Source: Octopus vulgaris
Taxonomy: Eukaryota
Direction of reading: 5' to 3'
DNA length: 64,000 nt
Assembly: GCA_951406725.2 (NCBI GenBank)
Contig: OX597839.1
Coordinates: 32,426,001-32,490,000, forward strand
The position numbers and the translations under genes were made by a program. The notes beneath the pieces were generated by a model, which saw nothing but the letters and a program-made list of their open reading frames with translations, made no database searches and had not been told where the DNA came from. Numbering within the stretch: position 1 is the stretch's first letter; each line of letters begins with the position of its first letter. Of the stretch, positions 56,322 through 64,000 are shown piece by piece.

Positions 56322-56992
56322 ATGGAAAGAACGTGGTTTGGTCGTTAGGGCATTTAAGCCCACGATCATCGGTCCTGCGTTCAATTCTTGGCGGCGTGTT
56401 GTGTCCTTGAGCAAGACACCATTTCACTTTGCTCCTCTCCACTCAGCTGGCAAAAATGAGTGGCTGTGTGGCAAGAAGCTTGCTTCCCAATCATATGGTT
56501 ACGGGTTCAGTCCCACTGCGTGACACCTTGCGCAAGTGCCTTCTGCTATAGCCTCAGGCTGGCCAAAACCTTGCGAGGGAATTTGGTAGATGGAAACTGA
56601 AAGAAGCCTGTCATATATATATATATGTATGTATATATCTATGTGTGTGTATCTGTGTTTCTCCTCCCCATTACCACTTGACAACCGGTGTTGGTGTGTT
56701 TATGTCCCCGTAACTTAGCGGTCCGGCAAAAAAGACCGATAGAATAAATACCAGTTTTAAAAAATAAGTACTGTGGTTGATTCATTCGACTAAAAATTCA
56801 AGGCGGTGCTGCAGCATGGCCGCAATCCAATGGCTGAAAGAAGAAAATGAATAAAAGCTAAAAGTTATAATTCCAAAGGCCAGCCTTGTCCCATTCCGTG
56901 TCACCGCGTGGACTACGTTAAGGGCACACGTGTCTGTGGAGTACTCAGCCACTTGGACGAGTCGGCTGTTCCGTTGATCGGATCAACTGGAA
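56322..56992 (+). mobile_element. Older SINE with a C2-type tail, interrupted by a family-A SINE (~56458-56860)
   Basis: Head and gtccttgagcaagacac upstream; tail ctacgttaagggcacacgtgtctgtggagt downstream. Confidence 0.75.
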
Positions 56993-57274
56993 TGCCAGGG
57001 CGGCAAGCTGGCAGAGTGGTTATGTTCTGAGTTCAAATTCCGCCGAGGTCCACTTTGCCTTTAGTCCTTTCGGGTTCGATAAATTAAGTAGCAGTTGCGT
57101 ACTGGGGTCGATCTAATCGACTGGGCCCCTCCTCCAAAATTTCGAGCCGTGTGCCTTTTTTTTTTTTTTTTTATTGTATTTTCTTTCCGAACGCAACGTA
57201 AGCAAGTTCCATGTTTGTGGCCGAAGCCGTAGAAAGACTTCGCGATTCTATCGATGCCTGCAGCTGTTTTATTC

Positions 57275-57482
57275 TTTTATACTTTTATTCTTTTACTTGT
57301 TTCAGTCATTTAACTGCGGCCATGCTGGAGCACCGCTTTTTAGTCGAGCAAATCTACCCCAGCACTTAATTTTTGTAAGCGTAGAACTTATTCTATCGGG
57401 CTCTTTTGCCAAACCGCTAATTTACGTGGACACAGTAACATCGGCTTTCAAGCGATGGTGGAGGGACACACAGATACACACA

Positions 57483-57561
<79 letters not shown>

Positions 57562-58190
57562 CAGGCTTCTTTCAGTTTCCGTCTATTAAATCCACTCACA
57601 AGGCTTTGGTCAGCCCGAGGCTATAGTAGAAGACACTTGCCCAAGGAGTCACGCAGTGGGACTGAACCTGGAACCATGTGGTTGGTAAGCAAGATTCTTA
57701 CCATACAGCCACGCATGTGCCTATAGACAAAAGGATTTTATTGTTGCTTGCAGTTGTTTAGCCACGGTCATTTGGTGTTGAGGGTTCAAATCTCAATGAT
57801 TGCAAGAAATTAGGCTTTTCTTGTCTTTGAAATCGATGAAAATATTTCTTCTTCTGTCTTATTTGTTTCAGTTACTGGACTGCGGCCGTGCTAGGGCAAC
57901 GTCCTTGAAGGATTTTAGTCGATCGAATCGACCCTAGTACTTATCTATTTTAAAACCTGGTACATAATCTATTCATCTCTTTTTGCTGAACAGGTAAGTT
58001 CTGGGGACGTAAACAAACCAATACCGGTTGTCAAGAAGTGGTGGGGATAAATTCACACACACACACACACACACACACATAGAAGCCGGCTCGAAAATGT
58101 ACCACAAGACACTTGTCACCATGCAGTGGGACTGAACCCGCAACCATGTGGCTGAGAAGCAAACTTCTTACCACACAGCTACGCCTGCGT
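57275..58190 (-). mobile_element. Two family-A SINE copies (57275-57721 and diverged 57855-58190)
   Basis: Sequence similarity to the full copies. Confidence 0.82.
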
Positions 58191-58648
58191 GTTCCATGTT
58201 CGAAGTTCGACTTGGATTGTCACCTCCCTGTCACAGATAAAATAAGTGGCAGATATGTACCCGACGCTATTTAGTGGCGGCCATTCATGCTCTGAGTTCA
58301 AATCCCACTAGGGGCATCGATCTGGCTTTTCAGCTCCAGCGATCGATAAAATATATGCCTGATATATATATATTGAAGATCGATAGAATTAATCGTACCG
58401 ACCGTTTATAAATTCCTGGCCATTTGCCAAACTTAACGATCGATATTCTTATTATTATTATAATGATATTCGTGTAAGGATATCGAAATGTGTAACTTAA
58501 ACTCTTCCTGCCACTCTTTGGTTAACGTAGTATAGTTATCCTCCTCCTTCCCTCCCGCTCTAAATAACTCGCACCTCACACTGCCTCTCACAGCAACCAC
58601 CTCTCTGATGGAATTAAAAACGTGTATATATATATATATACATATAGG

Positions 58649-59435
58649 GGCGGCGAGCTGGCAGAGACGTTAGCGCGCCGGGCGAAATGCTTGGCGGTAT
58701 TTCGTCTGTCGTTACGTTGTGAGTTCGAATTCCGCCGAGGTCGACTTTGCCTTTCATCCTTTCGGGGTCGATAAATAAAGTATCAGTTACGCACTGGGGT
58801 CGATGTAATCGACTTAATACCTATGTCTGTCCTTGTTTGTCCCCTCTATGTTTAGCCCCTTGGTGGGTAGTAAAGAAATAGGTATTTCGTCTGTCGTTAC
58901 ATTCTGAGTTCAAATTCCGCCGAGGTCGACTTTGCCTTTCATCCTTTCGGGGTCGATAAATAAAGTACCAGTTACGCACTGGGGTCGATGTAATCGACTT
59001 AATACCTATGTCTGTCCTTGTTTGTCCCCTCTATGTTTAGCCCCTTGGTGGGTAGTAAAGAAATAGGTATTTCGTCTGTCGTTACGTTCTGAGTTCAAAT
59101 TCCGCCGAGGTCGACTTTGCCTTTCATCCTTTCGGGGTCGATAAATAAAGTACCAGTTACGCACTGGGGTCGATGTAATCGACTTAATACCTATGTCTGT
59201 CCTTGTTTGTCCCCTCTATGTTTAGCCCCTTGGTGGGTAGTAAAGAAATAGGTATTTCGTCTGTCGTTACGTTGTGAGTTCGAATTCCGCCGAGGTCGAC
59301 TTTGCCTTTCATCCTTTCGGGGTCGATAAATAAAGTACCAGTTACGCACTGGGGTCGATGTAATCGACTTAATACCTATGTCTGTCCTTGTTTGTCCCCT
59401 CTATGTTTAGCCCCTTGGTGGGTAGTAAAGAAATA
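58649..59435 (+). mobile_element. Family-B SINE, head plus 4 tandem 185-bp units
   Basis: Units start at 58696, 58881, 59066 and 59251. Confidence 0.93.
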
Positions 59436-59441
59436 TATGTA

Positions 59442-59489
<48 letters not shown>

Positions 59490-59510
59490 CATACACACAC
59501 ACACTCACAA

Positions 59511-59555
<45 letters not shown>

Positions 59556-59646
59556 ACACACACACAACGTGTGTGTGTGTATGTATGTATGTATATATAT
59601 ATATATATACATACACACACACACGTTGTGAGTGTGTATATGTATG

Positions 59647-59686
<40 letters not shown>

Positions 59687-59697
59687 TACATATGTGA

Positions 59698-60085
59698 TGT
59701 AGCTGTGTGGTAAGAAGCTTGTTTCCCAACCACATGATTCCGGGTTCGGTCCCATTGCGTGCCACCTTGGGCCTTCTACAATAGCTTCGGGCCGGATGTA
59801 GTAGGTGGAAACTGAATGAAGCCCGTCTCGTGTGTGTGAAGCCCGTCTCGTGTGTGTGAAGCCCGTCTCGTGTGTGTTTCTGTTTGTCCCTCACCACCGC
59901 TTGATAACTGGTGTTGGTTTGTTTACATCCCCGAGACTTAGCTATTCTGCTAAAAGAGACCGTTAGTTTTAGAGACCCCAGTTTTAGAGAAAAGGTACAG
60001 GGTTGGGGTCTGATTTGTTCGACTAAACCCTTTCTGGCGGTGCTCCAGTATGGCTGCAGTCACATGACTAAAACAAGCAAAACAT
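59698..60085 (+). mobile_element. Diverged family-A SINE with an internal 3x20-bp repeat
   Basis: (gaagcccgtctcgtgtgtgt)3 at ~59818-59877. Confidence 0.8.
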
Positions 60086-60339
60086 AAATGATTTATATAA
60101 TGACAAATAAAAAAAACCCAACTACCCTGGGGTGGGGAGTAGGGTATTTCTCTTGTACTAATTTACGAGTGTGATAGAGTGGAGGAACAGGTAGTGTATC
60201 ATTTTGCGATCTGAGTTCGGATCCTCTTAGGGCTACACATTTTTTGTCCTTCCAGGGTCGTTTAAATATGTCAGTGTTACCTGATGTTTGATTCAGTAGA
60301 CTGCGTTTACACAGGACCGTGTGTACCTGAGACTGTACA

Positions 60340-61210
60340 TACGAGGGTTGGACAAAATAATGGAAACCCCTTAAATTTCAAACAAATTATTTTAATATGG
60401 AGTAGGACCGCCCTTGGCAGTAATTACAGCTTGAATTCTACGAGGTATGGACTTGTAAAAAGTTTGAATTGTTTCCAAAGGAATTTTTGTCCATTCTTCA
60501 GCTAAAATAATCTGCAGTTCTTGTAGTGATGATGGTGGAGGATATCGACTCCTTACTTGTTTTTCTAAAATACACCATAAATGTTCGATAATATTAAGAT
60601 ATGGGGACTGTGGTGGCCAGATAAGATGTTCAACTTCACTAGAATGTTCCTCGTGCCATTCAGTAACAACTTTAGCTGTGTGAATTGGTGCATTATCATT
60701 CTGAAAGATAAAGTTTCCCTCTGGAAACAGGTCTGCAACCATAGGACGAATTTGATCAGATAAAATGCTTAAATAGTCTTGACTATTAATTCTACTTTGA
60801 AGGGAAACCATTGGGCCAGCAGATTTCCAAGATATAGCCCCCTCCCCTCAGATCATCACAGATCCTCCTCCATGTTTAACAGTTGGAAGAAGGTAGTCTG
60901 GGTCAAATGCTTCTTTTGACTGTTTCCACACGTGTACTCAGTCGGTGGTCGAAAATAAGGTAAAGGATGATTCGTCCGAGAAAATAACATTCTTCTACTG
61001 CTCTAGGGACCAATTCTGTAGGTTTTTACTCCACTCTAAACGCTTTGCAGCGTTTGTTTTTGAAAGTAGTGGTTTTCTGATTGCAGCCCTCTCGTGAAAT
61101 CCAGCTTTGTGCAGCTCCTAGCAAACAGTTTTTGTGGAAACTAGGTTCTTGAGGTGGTCATTAAGCTCTGCAGTGATTTTTGGGAGATGTACTTTTGTGA
61201 TCCCTTCTAA
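60340..61210 (-). mobile_element. Tc1-like DD34E transposase relic
   Basis: VIFSDESSF...FIFQNDNAPIHTAKVV...WPPQSPYLNIIEHLW...SIPRRIQAVITAKGGPTPY; terminus at TA ~60340. Confidence 0.9.
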
Positions 61211-61569
61211 CAATTCACGTAAGAGTCCAACAGTCCCCATCTGAAAGTTTTGTAACGGCTCTTCAAGGCGGTGCTCCAGCGTGGCCACAGTCAAATGACT
61301 GAAACAAGTAAAATATAAAAATGGCCAAATGGATTTGAAGGAGAGAGTAGTGGGCAAAGGAGTAAATGTGTGTTTAGTTACCTTCGATTTCCGTCTTTGA
61401 TTAAATACAGTTAGAAATTAAAAGCCGCACCTTTTGAGTTTACCTTCAAGAACAGAAAATCCTCTTCAGTTGCTTGGAATGACAGAAAATAAAAGTGTTG
61501 GCGGCAAACACAGTGGTGCCTCGCAGAGTTTAATTCGTTCCATCGCCGAGTTCGTCTTAAGATTTACTC

Positions 61570-61740
61570 CAGTTCTATATTTAAGAGATGAGGAATTATG
61601 TACATTATTTACATTTGACGGATATTTGTCCTCATCTTGTTTGTTGTTAACACAACGTTTCGGCTGATATACCCTCCAGCCTTCTTCAGGTGTCTTGGGG
61701 AAATTTCGAACTTGGGTTCTCATTCCTAAGGTATTTTTCG

Positions 61741-61809
<69 letters not shown>

Positions 61810-61880
61810 TCACTGCCTGGAATCGAACTCGGAATCTTGGGGTTAGTAGCCCGCACTCTTAACCATTGTGCCATATGCCC
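61570..61880 (-). mobile_element. Family H1 element: tRNA-like head + (AAT)n + hammerhead tail
   Basis: Box A tggcacaatgg, box B gagttcgattcc, (AAT)n, then the hammerhead region; 3' limit approximate. Confidence 0.85.
61649..61694 (-). ncRNA. Minimal type I hammerhead, intact core (family H1)
   Basis: gacac-CTGAAGA-a-ggctg(10 nt)cagcc-GAAA-cg-TT-gtgtt. Confidence 0.85.
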
Positions 61881-61881
61881 G

Positions 61882-62083
61882 TGGCGTAGTGGTTAAGAGC
61901 GCAGGCTACTAACCCTAAGATTCCGCGTTCGATTCCAGGCAGTGATTTGAATAATAATAATATTGAATAATACCTTGGGTTCGAAATTTCCCCAAGACAC
62001 CTGATGAAGGCTGGAGGGTATATCAGCCGAAACGTTGTGTTAACAACAAACAAGATGAGGACAAATTTCCGTCAAATGTAAAT
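61882..62083 (+). mobile_element. Family H1 element, second copy, head-to-head with the first
   Basis: Box A tggcgtagtgg, box B gttcgattcc, short (AAT)n, hammerhead. Confidence 0.85.
61996..62041 (+). ncRNA. Minimal type I hammerhead, intact core (family H1)
   Basis: gacac-CTGATGA-a-ggctg(10 nt)cagcc-GAAA-cg-TT-gtgtt. Confidence 0.85.
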
Positions 62084-62231
62084 TACGATTTACTTGTTTT
62101 AAAAATCAATTTTTCCCATTGAAATTAACTAAAACATAATTAATCTGTTGCAGCCCCACCAAAACCACTCAAAAATAATATTTTATGGGTTTTAAAACAG
62201 AAAAGGTGTAGTTACAAGTAAAATGACAATT

Positions 62232-62682
62232 AATAATAATAATGTTCGTCCTTCGGGTTCGAAGATGACCATTGACATTATTTGGTGGAATTGCTGCTAT
62301 GAGACCGGAGGTGGCTGGTGAGGCCAATCCGGGCAAGAAATCCCCTCCCACAGGTGGGGCAGAAGTGGGTAGGGGCTGTGCTATTGGTGCAGGTGGGTCT
62401 GGCTTTCCGCATCTGGCGTTTCTGTTCTGCTGACTGAATCCGTCTCTCCTCGGCTGTCCCTGCTCCTACGGTGATTGCGCTGCGCCAGGATGAGCGGTCG
62501 GCAGCAAGTGTCTCCCAAGTCTCTGTGTCGATGGAGAAGTCCTTGAGAGAGACTTTGAGACTGTCCTTGAAGCCCTTCTTCTGCCCTCCGACTTTGCGTT
62601 TGCCCTGGCTGAGTTCACCGTAGAAGAGCTGTTTTGGGATGCGAGTGTCGGACATGCGGGAGACGTGGCCTGCCCATCTCAA
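62232..62682 (-). mobile_element. RTE-clade LINE 3' fragment
   Basis: LRWAGHVSRMSDTRIPKQLFYGEL..GKR..GGQKK.FKD...DRSSWR...CPTCGRGFLARIGLTSH; short 3' UTR ending in (TTA)n. Confidence 0.92.
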
Positions 62683-63400
62683 GTAAGAGAATGCAAAAGA
62701 AAATATGTCAACTGGTTTTATTAACTGAATTACCTGAAAGATGGGACCATTTGTGAGCTCCTACTGTGAATGGCTGTATTCTATTGTCAATCAATTTTCA
62801 TTAATTTAAACACCAGTGTTGTCTCCCCTTGCCTTGATTTAATCATTCAGATAATTACTTCTTCTCACTAGCCAACATTAAGCGGGTAATTACGATTAAT
62901 TAAAATATTCTCGGTTCACTTCATTCAGTATATTAGCATATATACTTTATCATACGTAAAAAAAAAAAACGATCAGTGGATGTATGTGTGGATATCTTTG
63001 TGTGTGCATGTGAATGGGTGTATATGTATGTGTGGATATCTGTGTGTGTGCATGTGAATGGGTGTATATGTATGTGTGGATATCTGTGTGTGTGCATGTG
63101 AATGAGTGTATAAGTATGTGTGTGTAAGAATGAGTAAATATTCAAAATAATTACTCGTAAAGATGTTATTATTATTATTATCTGTGGCAAATCTAAATAA
63201 TTGGTGATAACAATAACATTAGTGGCAGCAAGCGATGTTAGCAGTAAATAGCTATGCAATAAACTCTTAATTATAATCGAGAGTACACGAATTAACCACT
63301 ACTCTCACTGAAAATATGTAACGGACCAACAGAAATTGCGCAAACGAGTGGAATTTAGCTGAGATAATGTTAAAGCTGGTGCTTCGTGTATCCTCTAATA

Positions 63401-63775
63401 TCTTTATATATAAAAGAGAAGTTGTGTGTCTGTCTCCTACGATTTAGATTCCTAACTACTCCCACATTTTGCGGTGCAGTTTAACCAAAACCGGGTATCT
63501 TACAGTCGTGATTCATATCGAGCCCTTCTGGGTACGATGAGTCTACGATTTTAAAAATAATTTACCATCATTTTTTCCATTTTAATGCATTTTTTTAATA
63601 TAAGGGAAGTAACTCTCTAAAAATGTCTACGATGAGTCAACGATTTTTAAAAAAATTTACCATCATTTTTTCCATTTTTAATGCATTTTTTTGCTATTTT
63701 TTGGCTATAACTCTCTAAAAATGCTTTATAGTTATTTCCCTTACAAACCCGAGCAACGCCGGGCGATACTGCTAG
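63401..63775 (+). mobile_element. Non-autonomous Helitron
   Basis: Same family as 37043-37540; A|TC...CTAG|T. Confidence 0.88.
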
Positions 63776-64000
63776 TAATTAATAATTTAGTGTATATATA
63801 TATATATATATAGATCTTTATTTGTGAATTAAAGCTACCATCGGTTTCATATTAAGAGTGGGGAAAATTCCAAGTGTCTTAACAATTTTTCAAGCCGATC
63901 ACGTGGAGAAAGGTGTTCGCCTCCATTTTGGAAAACAATCTCCATGAACAAGGAAGATACTTGGATTTCCCCGACTCTTCTTAACATGAAACCAATGTTA

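Noticed and set aside
61805-61950. SINE heads as real tRNA genes (also 10220-10293 and 51267-51340)
   Set aside because: Box A/B are present but I could not fold a complete cloverleaf with an acceptor stem, and they continue into repeat bodies.

Overview
AT-rich, extremely microsatellite-rich eukaryotic non-coding DNA, most likely from an octopus (inferred from the recognisable tRNA-derived SINE families and repeat landscape, not from a database hit). I found no credible host protein-coding gene: most ORFs in the track are microsatellite or SINE translations and the rest are broken transposon ORFs. Contents: three abundant tRNA-headed SINE families, four non-autonomous Helitrons, fragments of CR1-like, RTE and R4/Dong LINEs, mariner and Tc1 relics, a Merlin-like MITE, and two fragmented Penelope-like (Naiad-type RT + GIY-YIG) retroelements. 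The most interesting signal is RNA-level. About nine type I hammerhead-ribozyme motifs from about five unrelated sequence families occur here, nearly all with a palindromic helix III suggesting dimeric cleavage. One family fuses a tRNA-like Pol III head and an (AAT)n spacer to the hammerhead and sits in inverted arrangements, a candidate ribozyme-bearing SINE mobilised by Penelope-like elements. A second SINE family repeatedly occurs as one head plus 185-bp tandem units that break at the same junction. All structures and coordinates were read by eye; ends may be off by a few bases.
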